This document shows, in pieces, positions 7,300-15,554 of a DNA stretch of 20,000 nt. Source of the stretch: an uncultured virus (IMG/VR IMGVR_UViG_3300021335_000006) (taxonomy: Duplodnaviria > Heunggongvirae > Uroviricota > Caudoviricetes); the IMG/VR virus record IMGVR_UViG_3300021335_000006, positions 110,811 through 130,810 of that record; one strand, given 5' to 3'. Positions within the stretch are counted from its first letter, which is position 1. Each line of letters begins with the position of its first letter. Position numbers and translations under genes: made by a program. The notes beneath the pieces were generated by a model that saw only the letters and a list, made by a program, of their open reading frames with translations, ran no database searches and had not been told where the DNA came from.

Positions 7300-8337
7300 A
7301 TGAATCATGTCGATTTAAAGTACGCCAACATTTTATCATCTCGTCTTGAACTTTTCAAGATCAAACAGAATAGTCCCTATCGAGCGAACTTTCGCTGTCC
7401 TATCTGTGGGGATTCTCAAAAGTCAAAGCACAAGGCTCGTGGCTGGATCTTAGAAAAAGACAATTCAGCTATCTTCTATTGTCACAACTGTGGCGCATCT
7501 CATAATTTGCGTAACTTCCTAAGAGCGGTTGATCATAATCTTTTCAATGATTATGTTATCGATACTGTAGCAGAAAAGTATGAGTCTCCAAAGCGACTCT
7601 ACAAGCCGAACGCAAAGCCTCTAGATAAACTAAAACACAAGCGTCCAGCATTTACGAAGAAAGACTCTCCGCTTAGGGGAATCAAAAAAGTCTCTTCTCT
7701 TCCGCATAATCATATGTGTCGTAAGTATATTGAAGAGAGAAAGATTCCTACGAATCAACAATGGCGAATGTACTATGCTCCTAATTTTAATTCGTGGGTC
7801 AACACTCTGATTCCCAACAAACTTCCAGAGTTAGAAAACGATAGTCCTAGACTCGTGATGCCCTTCATCAATAGAAGAGGAGAAGTTTTTGGATTTAACG
7901 CAAGAGCATTTAATCCATATGAACTACGCTATATAACTATCATGCTAGACGAAGATTCGTCTAAGATTTTTGGCCTTGATGTAGTCGATACCACCAAAAA
8001 ATATTACGTAGCGGAGGGTCCGCTAGACAGCATGTTTATAAGTAATTGTATGGCTATGGCAGGAGCAGATGGAAATGCTTCGGGACTACCAAATCCAGAA
8101 AACGCTGTCTTTATCTTTGACAATGAACCAAGGAATAAAGAGATCGTTTCTAGAATGGAGAAGTGTATTGCATCCGGATATAAATTGTGCATCTGGCCAG
8201 ATAGAGTCGTTGACAAAGACATTAATGATATGATATTATCAGGACTAACAATTCGTGAAGTTCAAGATATTATAAATTCTAATACATATCATGGTCTTGA
8301 AGGCAAGCTGAAGATAAGTTTCTGGAGAAAGTGTTAA
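7300..8337 (+). CDS. 61: DNA primase, T4 gp61-like
   Basis: N-terminal Zn ribbon NFRCPICGDSQK...CHNC, TOPRIM motifs EGPLDSMF and DNEPRN, and KDINDMIL. Confidence 0.95.
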   Translation: MNHVDLKYANILSSRLELFKIKQNSPYRANFRCPICGDSQKSKHKARGWILEKDNSAIFYCHNCGASHNLRNFLRAVDHNLFNDYVIDTVAEKYESPKRLYKPNAKPLDKLKHKRPAFTKKDSPLRGIKKVSSLPHNHMCRKYIEERKIPTNQQWRMYYAPNFNSWVNTLIPNKLPELENDSPRLVMPFINRRGEVFGFNARAFNPYELRYITIMLDEDSSKIFGLDVVDTTKKYYVAEGPLDSMFISNCMAMAGADGNASGLPNPENAVFIFDNEPRNKEIVSRMEKCIASGYKLCIWPDRVVDKDINDMILSGLTIREVQDIINSNTYHGLEGKLKISFWRKC

Positions 8338-8777
8338 TGAAATTAGGCCCCGAAGATCAAATTGTCGCTGAGTTTTCGCAAAAATTCGAATACATTAGCG
8401 ACCGGAATCATTATGACCAACGTGATGCTTGGTATATCATGGAATCAAAAGACGGCAAGTTTTATGGAGACTGTGAGGATTATGCTTTAACTCTGCTGTA
8501 TCTACTGTGCAATCGATCTCTCTTTAGATTCTGGTTTTACTTGTTCACTCGGAGAGCGAAGTTACAGTACTGCAAGACAAAGCGTGACGTAGGTCACGGA
8601 GTTCTTGTTTACAAATCAAAATACGTAGACAACATCCAAAAAAAGTTCGTTACTAAGAAAGATATGATAGACGCTGGATATCGATTTGAGACTAATCAAT
8701 TCTCAGCTACTACTGTAGCAATTCGAATGGGAATCGGGTTCTTGATCCGGCTTTTCAAAGACATGTATTCGTACTAG
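8337..8777 (+). CDS. Transglutaminase-like cysteine proteinase (BTLCP/peptidase C93-like)
   Basis: GDCEDYAL catalytic Cys motif, followed by GHGVL and VDN. The start is placed at ATG 8337 (TAATG overlap with the primase stop) rather than GTG 8331. Confidence 0.7.
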   Translation: MKLGPEDQIVAEFSQKFEYISDRNHYDQRDAWYIMESKDGKFYGDCEDYALTLLYLLCNRSLFRFWFYLFTRRAKLQYCKTKRDVGHGVLVYKSKYVDNIQKKFVTKKDMIDAGYRFETNQFSATTVAIRMGIGFLIRLFKDMYSY

Positions 8778-8870
8778 TATCTTAGAATGAACTCAATTTT
8801 TTTACAATTTAATTAAGGTGCTTCCCTGCATAGGGTTAGTAGCCGTTGAATTTAACAATAAGGAACCCAT

Positions 8871-10859
8871 ATGAAAATTAAGATCGATAAGTCCAAAGAT
8901 GATCTATTAGCAGATTATGCTATTAACATGCTTAAGGATTTTTATCTTAATAGTTACGAATCATCCCCACAAGAAGGATACGCTAGAGCCGCTAAAGCAT
9001 GGTCAGTATACAGAGAAACAATTGATGAAGATCTAGCCCAAAGGTTATACGACTATGTTTCAAAAAAATGGTTTATGTTTGCATCTCCAGTTCTTAGCAA
9101 TGCGCCTAATGGACACGGTAAAGGAAAGGGAATGCCTATCTCATGCTTCCTCACATACGTTCCGGACACTCTTGAAGGTCTTATTGATCATACTTCTGAA
9201 CTGCGCTGGCTTAGTGTTTATGGCGGTGGCGTCGGTGGTCACTGGTCTGATGTACGGACAGTCTCTGACATTGCTCCAGGCCCTATCCCATTTCTCCACA
9301 CTGTAGACGCAGATATGATTGCTTACCGTCAAGGTAAGACTAGAAAAGGCTCTTATGCCGCTTATATGGATGTCTCACATCCGGATATCGTAGAGTTTCT
9401 AAACATTCGAATTCCTACGGGTGATGTACAACGCAAGGCATTGAATTTACATAATGCAATCAACATCACTGATGAGTTTATGAATTGCGTAAAGCATGGC
9501 GATTTCTTTGACTTAAGAGATCCTAAAGATGGAACAGTCAAAGACTCAGTTGATGCACGTAAACTATGGGAAAGAATTTTGGAGGTAAGATTCAGAACTG
9601 GTGAACCTTACTTAAACTTTATCGATACAGCAAACAAGCATTTACCAGAGCCTCTGAAAGAGAAAGGATTAAAGATTCATGGCTCTAATCTTTGCAATGA
9701 GATTCATCTCCCAACATCAGATGAACGTACTGCTGTTTGTTGCTTATCATCTTTAAACTTGGAGTACTATGATGAGTGGAAAGACACAAGTATTGTACGG
9801 GATCTTGTTCGCATGTTGGATAACGTGCTTGAGTATTTCATTGATAATGCACCTGATACTATATCTCGTGCTAAGTATAGTGCCATGCGTGAACGTAGCA
9901 TTGGATTGGGGGCAATGGGCTTTCACTCGTTGCTACAAAAGCATGGAGTCGCTTGGGAGTCAGATAAGGCTCGTGAGATAAATGATGTAGTCTTCTCGCA
10001 TATTCAGCGAGAAGCAAATGCGGAAACTGAGTGGCTTGCTGTTGAAAGAGGTGAGTATCTTGATGGCGAAGGAAGCGGAAAGCGAAACGCACATTTAATC
10101 GCAATCGCTCCTAATGCGTCATCTGGAGTGATTTTATCAACGAGTCCTAGCATCGAGCCAATGAAGGCAAATGCTTACACTCATAGAACCCGAGCAGGGA
10201 GTTTTCTAGTTAAAAATCGCTACTTGGAACAATTGCTTGCTGAACGGGAAATGAACAACGAGTCCACCTGGTCATCAATCATCACTAATAAAGGATCTGT
10301 TCAGCATCTTCCATTCTTAACTGAAGGAGAGAAGGCTGTCTTTAAGACGGCACAAGAACTTGATCAGACTTGGGTTGTACAGCACGCCGCAGACAGACAA
10401 AAGTATATCTGTCAAGGTCAGTCTGTCAATTTATTCTTCCCGTCCGGAGTGGCCAGAGGCTATGTGAACAAAGTTCATTTAAAAGCTTGGCAAGAAGGAC
10501 TGAAGGGCTTATACTATTTGAGAACGGAAGCTAAATCTCGTGCTGAGACTGTCGCTGACAAAGTGGAGCGAGTTGCTTTACAGGACGATAATAGAACTAT
10601 TATCTACGGTAAGAGTAATTGTCCATTCTGTGAACTTGCAAAGCAAGAGTTGACACTGCAGGGAATCCCATTCGATTACATTGATTTGAAAGAGATTGGA
10701 AAAACTGCAGCAGAGGTCACTGGAAGGAAGGTGAATAGTGTACCTCAAATTTACATTAATGGAAAATACGTTGGCGGTTATGATCAGTTAATTGCTTACT
10801 TAAATTCTAACACAGTAGCAGCTCAACAAGGCGAAGAATGCCGAGCTTGTGAAGGCTAA
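8871..10859 (+). CDS. nrdA: Class I ribonucleotide reductase alpha subunit with fused glutaredoxin domain; no ATP-cone
   Basis: SPVLSN, PISCFL, GSNLCNEI, IAIAPNASS, GLKGLYYLR, Grx motifs CPFC and SVPQI, and C-terminal ECRACEG. Confidence 0.96.
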   Translation: MKIKIDKSKDDLLADYAINMLKDFYLNSYESSPQEGYARAAKAWSVYRETIDEDLAQRLYDYVSKKWFMFASPVLSNAPNGHGKGKGMPISCFLTYVPDTLEGLIDHTSELRWLSVYGGGVGGHWSDVRTVSDIAPGPIPFLHTVDADMIAYRQGKTRKGSYAAYMDVSHPDIVEFLNIRIPTGDVQRKALNLHNAINITDEFMNCVKHGDFFDLRDPKDGTVKDSVDARKLWERILEVRFRTGEPYLNFIDTANKHLPEPLKEKGLKIHGSNLCNEIHLPTSDERTAVCCLSSLNLEYYDEWKDTSIVRDLVRMLDNVLEYFIDNAPDTISRAKYSAMRERSIGLGAMGFHSLLQKHGVAWESDKAREINDVVFSHIQREANAETEWLAVERGEYLDGEGSGKRNAHLIAIAPNASSGVILSTSPSIEPMKANAYTHRTRAGSFLVKNRYLEQLLAEREMNNESTWSSIITNKGSVQHLPFLTEGEKAVFKTAQELDQTWVVQHAADRQKYICQGQSVNLFFPSGVARGYVNKVHLKAWQEGLKGLYYLRTEAKSRAETVADKVERVALQDDNRTIIYGKSNCPFCELAKQELTLQGIPFDYIDLKEIGKTAAEVTGRKVNSVPQIYINGKYVGGYDQLIAYLNSNTVAAQQGEECRACEG

Positions 10860-10877
10860 ATTTTAAAAGGAACAATA

Positions 10878-11885
10878 ATGTCATTACTTAAATTTTCAGA
10901 AGCCTACCGTCCGTTCAAGTATGACTGGGCAGTGGACTTATCGGTAAAGCACGAAGAAATACATTGGGTGGAGTCGGAAGCAGAGCTTTCAGAAGATGTC
11001 CAAGATTGGAAAACAAAACTCTCAGAAGCTGAAAAGGAGTTTATCACTCACGTTTTGAGACTATTCACTCAGTCTGATGTGCAAGTTGGTGAGAACTATC
11101 ACGAGCTACTCATCCCTAAATTCAAAAACAATGAAGTGCGGAACATGCTCTCGTCCTTTGCGGCACGAGAGGCGGTCCACCAGCGAGCGTATGCGCTTCT
11201 TAATGATACGCTTGGATTACCAGACGAAGAATTTCATAAGTTCCTAGAGTATAAGGAAATGGCTGACAAAATCGACTTCATGAAAGAGGGCGATGTCAAT
11301 ACTCACACTGGACTTGCGCTTGCGCTCGCTCAATCAGTCTTCAACGAAGGAATGTCTGTATTTGCATCATTTGTGATGTTACTCAACTTCCAGCGCTTCG
11401 GAAAGATGAAGGGAATGGGAACAATCGTTGAGTGGTCTATTCGTGATGAGTCGATACACGTACAAGGCAATGCAAAGCTATTTCGTACTTTTTGCGAAGA
11501 GCATCCTCGTATTGTTAACGATGAACTTAAGTCCAAGATTTATCAGATGGCCAAGAATGCCGTACAATTAGAAGATAAGTTTATTGATCTAGCATTCAAG
11601 GGTAATGACGTACAGGGAATGACAAAGAAGGAAGTTCGTGACTACATTCGCCATATCGCTGATCGTCGATTACTTCAGTTGGGTATGAAGCCTAAATTCA
11701 ATCAAAAGGATAATCCACTTGATTGGCTTGATTGGGTACTCAATGGCGCATCACATGATAACTTCTTTGAGAAGCGAGTTACAGAGTACTCTGTTAACGG
11801 CATGGAAGGAGATTGGGGTTGGAATGACGTTGATCCATCCGCCGCTCAAGTTTGTGGATTAGATAGCAAGTCATGCGCCGCATAG
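10878..11885 (+). CDS. nrdB: Class I ribonucleotide reductase beta subunit
   Basis: Diiron ligand motifs (FTQSD, EAVHQRAY, FNEG, RDESIH) and NFFEKRVTEY. Confidence 0.96.
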   Translation: MSLLKFSEAYRPFKYDWAVDLSVKHEEIHWVESEAELSEDVQDWKTKLSEAEKEFITHVLRLFTQSDVQVGENYHELLIPKFKNNEVRNMLSSFAAREAVHQRAYALLNDTLGLPDEEFHKFLEYKEMADKIDFMKEGDVNTHTGLALALAQSVFNEGMSVFASFVMLLNFQRFGKMKGMGTIVEWSIRDESIHVQGNAKLFRTFCEEHPRIVNDELKSKIYQMAKNAVQLEDKFIDLAFKGNDVQGMTKKEVRDYIRHIADRRLLQLGMKPKFNQKDNPLDWLDWVLNGASHDNFFEKRVTEYSVNGMEGDWGWNDVDPSAAQVCGLDSKSCAA

Positions 11886-11960
11886 TAGATAAGTATTGGG
11901 TAGAATTTGGGACGCTTATGTTTCTAGTAGACTTGTTACTAGTATGCGGATTTTCAATAT

Positions 11961-12419
11961 ATGGATAAGTGGCAAGCGGCGTATATGGATGTTGCTCATC
12001 GATTTGCTCAACTATCCACTGCTACCCGACTTAAGGTTGGAGCGATTGCGGTCAAGGACGACCGCATCATTTCAATTGGATATAATGGAACGCCTAGCGG
12101 CTGGGATAATGAATGCGAAGACTGGGTTCCAAATGAGGGAGTGACTTTTGAAGTTAATCCTGATGATCGAGCCATCTATGGTAGAATGATAACAAAAGAA
12201 GAGGTAATTCACGCTGAAGCTAATTGCATTGCAAAGTTAGCTAGAAGTACAGAAAGCGGAGAAGGTGCGACTATGTATATTACACACGCTCCGTGTCTGG
12301 GGTGTGCTAAGCAAATATATGGTGCTGGCGTAACTGATGTGTACTACAGAGATGAATATCAATCACTAAGGGGAATTGAGTTCCTTGTACAGTGCGGAGT
12401 AGGAGTATACCGTATATGA
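11961..12419 (+). CDS. cd: dCMP deaminase
   Basis: RLKVGA, IGYNGTPSG, HAEANCI and THAPCLGCAK motifs. Confidence 0.93.
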   Translation: MDKWQAAYMDVAHRFAQLSTATRLKVGAIAVKDDRIISIGYNGTPSGWDNECEDWVPNEGVTFEVNPDDRAIYGRMITKEEVIHAEANCIAKLARSTESGEGATMYITHAPCLGCAKQIYGAGVTDVYYRDEYQSLRGIEFLVQCGVGVYRI

Positions 12420-12562
12420 AAAAAATAGATTTTCTTTGTAGTTTCTGTGGTAACGAATGCACCATCGAAACATTTGGAGTTGATGACGAAGTGCAGTATT
12501 GCCCAATATGCGGCGAGAATCGAGAAGAAGAGCCGGGCGATTTTGATCCCGATTGGGAGTAA
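12416..12562 (+). CDS. 48-aa zinc-ribbon protein (not in ORF track)
   Basis: MKKIDFLCSFCGNECTIETFGVDDEVQYCPICGENREEEPGDFDPDWE, with two CxxC pairs. ATGA overlap with the cd stop, and AGGAG upstream. Confidence 0.8.
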   Translation: MKKIDFLCSFCGNECTIETFGVDDEVQYCPICGENREEEPGDFDPDWE

Positions 12563-12609
12563 ATTTTTCGCATCTATATACTAGACAGTATACTAGATAG
12601 GCGATTATA

Positions 12610-13035
12610 ATGTGGAATTATGAAGGTCGTGAATTTACAAGCGACATGATAGGAGAGTTTGTTGGATTTGTCTACTGCATTACAGACTCTAGAAATGGGA
12701 AAAAATATATTGGTAAGAAGACATTTAAGTCGAGGAGAACTTTACCGCCGCTAAAGGGAAAGACTAGAAGACGTAAAGTCGTAAAAGAATCTGATTGGAT
12801 GATGTACTATGGATCATCTGAAGAAGTCAAGTCTCTAGTTGAAGAACATGGCGGTGAAGTCTTTAATCGAGAAATCCTTCATTTATGTAATTCCAAGGGG
12901 GAGATGTCTTACTTAGAGTTAAAAGAACAGATTGAGCGAGAAGTGTTATTGTCAGATGAGTATTTCAACGGCATCATAAACTGCAAAATTCACCGATCTC
13001 ACGTTCAGTCTTTAGTTGGGAGAGGAAAGAGATGA
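12610..13035 (+). CDS. GIY-YIG-like nuclease domain protein (catalytic domain only)
   Basis: GFVYCIT...KKYIGKK, YYGSS, FNREIL, and a later E and N (ELKEQ, YFNG). Confidence 0.75.
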   Translation: MWNYEGREFTSDMIGEFVGFVYCITDSRNGKKYIGKKTFKSRRTLPPLKGKTRRRKVVKESDWMMYYGSSEEVKSLVEEHGGEVFNREILHLCNSKGEMSYLELKEQIEREVLLSDEYFNGIINCKIHRSHVQSLVGRGKR

Positions 13036-13154
13036 TTATAGATGTAAATGTGAAGTTTGACACAGAAAATGAAAAAGACGAAGAAGTTTTAGAAAAAATT
13101 GTAGGGGTGTTAGAGTTAATTAAAGAGAAACTTGAGCGAGAGGGTGATAAGTGA
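13032..13154 (+). CDS. 40-aa hypothetical protein (not in ORF track)
   Basis: MIIDVNVKFDTENEKDEEVLEKIVGVLELIKEKLEREGDK. ATGA and GTGA overlaps at both ends fill the gap exactly. Confidence 0.7.
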   Translation: MIIDVNVKFDTENEKDEEVLEKIVGVLELIKEKLEREGDK

Positions 13155-13492
13155 AATACATTGATTACGAAATTGAAGATGATCGAATGATCAGCCTAAC
13201 CGAACAAATCAAACAATGGCACTACGATAGAAATTTAATCCTAGGTTCTACTGACAAGGATCAAGTATGTAAATTGATCCAAGAAGTAGGCGAGCTTAGC
13301 GACAATGTATGCAAAGGTCGTGATGTCTCAGACGACATTGGAGATTGCATCGTTGTGCTGATAAATATTGCAGAGCGAAATGGTCTATCGTTATCAGACT
13401 GTTTAGAGCAAGCATACAATGATATCAAACATCGTACAGGCCGTATGATCAATGGAGTCTTCGTAAAAGAAGGCGATATTATGGAGGAGTAA
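13151..13492 (+). CDS. MazG-like NTP pyrophosphohydrolase
   Basis: KLIQEVGEL...DDIGDCIVVLINIA...CLEQAYNDIK.R.G.MING.FVKE. Confidence 0.88.
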   Translation: MKYIDYEIEDDRMISLTEQIKQWHYDRNLILGSTDKDQVCKLIQEVGELSDNVCKGRDVSDDIGDCIVVLINIAERNGLSLSDCLEQAYNDIKHRTGRMINGVFVKEGDIMEE

Positions 13493-13493
13493 A

Positions 13494-13790
13494 ATGAGCT
13501 ATAAAAAGAATGAAGTTGTAACAGTGATCTCAGTTGCTGGAGAGTATGTGGGTAAATTTCTTAAAAAGGATGATGCTACATTTATCCTTTCCGATCCCAA
13601 GATGCTCGTTCAGGGCGAAAATGGCGTTGGCTTTGCAAACGGAATTTGTGTTACGGGAGAGGAAAATCCCAAGTCAATGACTTTCTATACTGGTGGTATT
13701 GTCTTTGTAACAAAGACTAGTCAGCCTGTAGAATCTGCTTATTATCAAGCAAGTTCTGGGTTGATCGTAGGGGAAGGAGTCAGTGCGTAG
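13494..13790 (+). CDS. Conserved hypothetical protein, possible Sm-like/SH3 beta fold
   Basis: 98 aa with a GGAGG RBS and the beta-strand pattern EVVTVISVAGEYVGKF. Confidence 0.65.
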   Translation: MSYKKNEVVTVISVAGEYVGKFLKKDDATFILSDPKMLVQGENGVGFANGICVTGEENPKSMTFYTGGIVFVTKTSQPVESAYYQASSGLIVGEGVSA

Positions 13791-14073
13791 CTTAACGATA
13801 TCAAGACGAATCAAAAATATTTTGATTGGATTTGATCAATTCGTTTGGGTGTTGATTACATTCGGTGCTGTATATCCAGATGAAACTATTTCGTCTGCGA
13901 CATACAGATACGAAAAAGAGGGACACTGGGTTGCTAAAATCGCACGTCCCGTAATCGACGCTTTGTTTTATTTGATCATAAGACAAAAGCAACATTGCAG
14001 ACGTGCGTACTTGGCTGAAGTTTTTAGACGACAAATATTTGAGGGTCAACGTAAAGATGGCGGGGAAAGGTAG
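13783..14073 (+). CDS. Hypothetical phage protein, possibly membrane-associated
   Basis: GTG start with an AAGGAG RBS. The DQ...PDETISS...IDALF...HC motif is recalled from phage proteins. Confidence 0.65.
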   Translation: MRSLTISRRIKNILIGFDQFVWVLITFGAVYPDETISSATYRYEKEGHWVAKIARPVIDALFYLIIRQKQHCRRAYLAEVFRRQIFEGQRKDGGER

Positions 14074-14437
14074 CAAGCAACGCCCGATTCAAGATCGAGC
14101 AAAATGGGAAGAGAACTATCATAAAATCTTTGGATACAAAGGAAAAGATCGCTGTCAAGAGTGCGGCGAAGTTGATGGTTTTCATACAGTGAATTGTAAT
14201 GTCAGTCCTAAAGACTATCGAACAGTCCAACAGGATATGACTGAACTCAATTCAGATGGAAATCGGACTCGTGGGAGAAACGGGGAAGATCTTGACCCAT
14301 ATGAAATGGAGAATCCACTAGAAGGGACAGTAAGCCCCTTCTGGAATCATAATTGCAATTTAAATGGATACATTGCTGTTGAGTCCGGTCATGCTTGTAA
14401 CTGGTGTGGAATGCAAGAAGACGGAACTTATGATTGA
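14057..14437 (+). CDS. Hypothetical protein with Cys/His clusters
   Basis: The start is reassigned to ATG 14057 (MAGKGSKQRP...WEENYHKIF), with GAGG upstream. CQEC..H..NC and HNC...CNWC are putative Zn sites. Confidence 0.65.
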   Translation: MAGKGSKQRPIQDRAKWEENYHKIFGYKGKDRCQECGEVDGFHTVNCNVSPKDYRTVQQDMTELNSDGNRTRGRNGEDLDPYEMENPLEGTVSPFWNHNCNLNGYIAVESGHACNWCGMQEDGTYD

Positions 14438-14438
14438 T

Positions 14439-14468
14439 CCAGTATTCGTTTCATGCTGGCTTCTCTTA
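14439..14468 (+). terminator. Possible weak terminator
   Basis: CCAGTAT/ATGCTGG stem with one G-U pair, followed by CTTCTCTT, directly after the stop at 14437. Confidence 0.35.
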
Positions 14469-14478
14469 GAAGACAAAG

Positions 14479-14486
14479 ACTAAATA
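14479..14486 (+). promoter_or_regulatory. T4-type late promoter variant (ACTAAATA)
   Basis: TAAATA core in an AT-rich intergenic gap, 31 nt before the holin-like ATG. The same octamer occurs at 4873. Confidence 0.6.
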
Positions 14487-14517
14487 ATATTGCATATACA
14501 AAAATAAGGTTAAAATT

Positions 14518-14982
14518 ATGCTATCATTATTAGGTACATTAGTTGGATTTGCTGGCTCAGCCGTTCCTGCTGTTCTTGGACATTTTGCTGACAAAGAGAA
14601 TAACAAGAAAGAACTCGAAATGATGAAAATGCAGTCGGAGTTGATGAGACAAAATGCTGATATCGACATGACTAAATTTCAACTTCGATCAGTGGACGAT
14701 GAACACGCAAGACTCATACAGCATGATATTGCAATGCAAGAAGACAATGGTCCGCTCGCTTGGCTTAGGAAGTCAGTCCGTCCTGTAATCACATATCTCT
14801 TTTTTGGGTTGTTTGCATCAGTCAAAATCGCTACTCTCATGCATGGTATGGATAGTGGTCAAGACTTTTATGCGGCGATCACAATTGTTTGGGATGAGGA
14901 AACACAAGCAATTTTTGCTGCGATTATCTCATTTTGGTTTGGTTCTAGAGCAATGAGTAGACAATCAAACGTAAAAACTTGA
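14518..14982 (+). CDS. Holin-like membrane protein (3TM/GTA-holin-like)
   Basis: Hydrophobic N-terminus, a coiled linker, then SVRPVITYLFFGLF and IFAAIISFWFGSR, the signature of the GTA 3TM holin family. Confidence 0.68.
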   Translation: MLSLLGTLVGFAGSAVPAVLGHFADKENNKKELEMMKMQSELMRQNADIDMTKFQLRSVDDEHARLIQHDIAMQEDNGPLAWLRKSVRPVITYLFFGLFASVKIATLMHGMDSGQDFYAAITIVWDEETQAIFAAIISFWFGSRAMSRQSNVKT

Positions 14983-15007
14983 CACATTCGCTTTAATGTG
15001 ATAGAGT
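14979..15007 (+). promoter_or_regulatory. sigma70-type promoter
   Basis: TTGACA (14979-14984), 17 nt, TAGAGT (15002-15007). The predicted start site is very close to ATG 15015. Confidence 0.6.
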
Positions 15008-15014
15008 ATGACTC

Positions 15015-15287
15015 ATGATTACAATATATGGAACAGATGGATGCCTCGCCTGCTTGAAAGCTAAGCAGTGTGCTGAGATTTTTGAACTTGAGCATGAGTA
15101 CATTAGTCTCGCTCGGGCTGACATCGAAACTAAGAAAAAGTTTTATCAAATCGATACTCACTTTGGTATGGTCCCCCAAATAGTATGGGGAGACGATATC
15201 ATCGTTGGTCTTGCTGACTTTGAAAAACGTGTAAATGAGTTCTTACAAAAGGAGACTGATAATGGCTCACAAACAAAAAGTCCGTGA
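15015..15287 (+). CDS. Glutaredoxin (NrdC/NrdH-like)
   Basis: ITIYGTDGCLACLKAK with the cis-Pro motif VPQI. Confidence 0.88.
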   Translation: MITIYGTDGCLACLKAKQCAEIFELEHEYISLARADIETKKKFYQIDTHFGMVPQIVWGDDIIVGLADFEKRVNEFLQKETDNGSQTKSP

Positions 15288-15537
15288 TCTTTTAAACGAA
15301 GGAGTTGTAAGGCTTCTTTTTGAAAAAGCGGATGGATCACCTCGTGAAATGCACGCCACGTTACATTCTGATTGGATTCGATGGGAGCCTAGTGTAAAAG
15401 ATAATGGAATGAAAAAGCCCCCTTCAGACGCTTCGATTTCAGTCTGGGATACGGAGAAAGACGCCTGGCGAGCCTTTCGCTGGGATCGTTTGCGAGAAGT
15501 AAACGACATGAAGTTTCCTCAAGGAGTTCACGACTAA
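15262..15537 (+). CDS. WYL_2/SH3-like beta-barrel protein
   Basis: The start is reassigned to ATG 15262 (AAGGAG upstream). Pattern F.KADGS.REM.ATL...VWD.EK.AWR.FR.D.L. Confidence 0.78.
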   Translation: MAHKQKVRDLLNEGVVRLLFEKADGSPREMHATLHSDWIRWEPSVKDNGMKKPPSDASISVWDTEKDAWRAFRWDRLREVNDMKFPQGVHD

Positions 15538-15554
15538 AGTCTATAGGATATATT

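Noticed and set aside
8179..8278. TATAAATT motifs in the 3' part of primase as late promoters
   Set aside because: They mismatch the conserved final A and lie within AT-rich coding sequence.
8778..8870. NrdR box or riboswitch upstream of nrdA
   Set aside because: I found no match to the NrdR palindrome, only a short CCCT/AGGG stem.
8871..11885. Intron or intein in nrdA/nrdB, as seen in some T4-like phages
   Set aside because: Both ORFs are continuous. The extra length in nrdA is the glutaredoxin domain, and no intein terminal motifs are visible.
11924..11942. Hairpin CTAGTAG/TTACTAG between nrdB and cd
   Set aside because: It is short and AT-rich with no U-tract, which is too weak to call a terminator.
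11896..12144. 82-aa + strand ORF
   Set aside because: It has a TTG start and overlaps the dCMP deaminase gene out of frame.
12610..13035. Mobile homing endonuclease call
   Set aside because: It has only a catalytic-type domain, with no DNA-binding extension, and is co-oriented and coupled with the operon, so it is more likely a resident gene.
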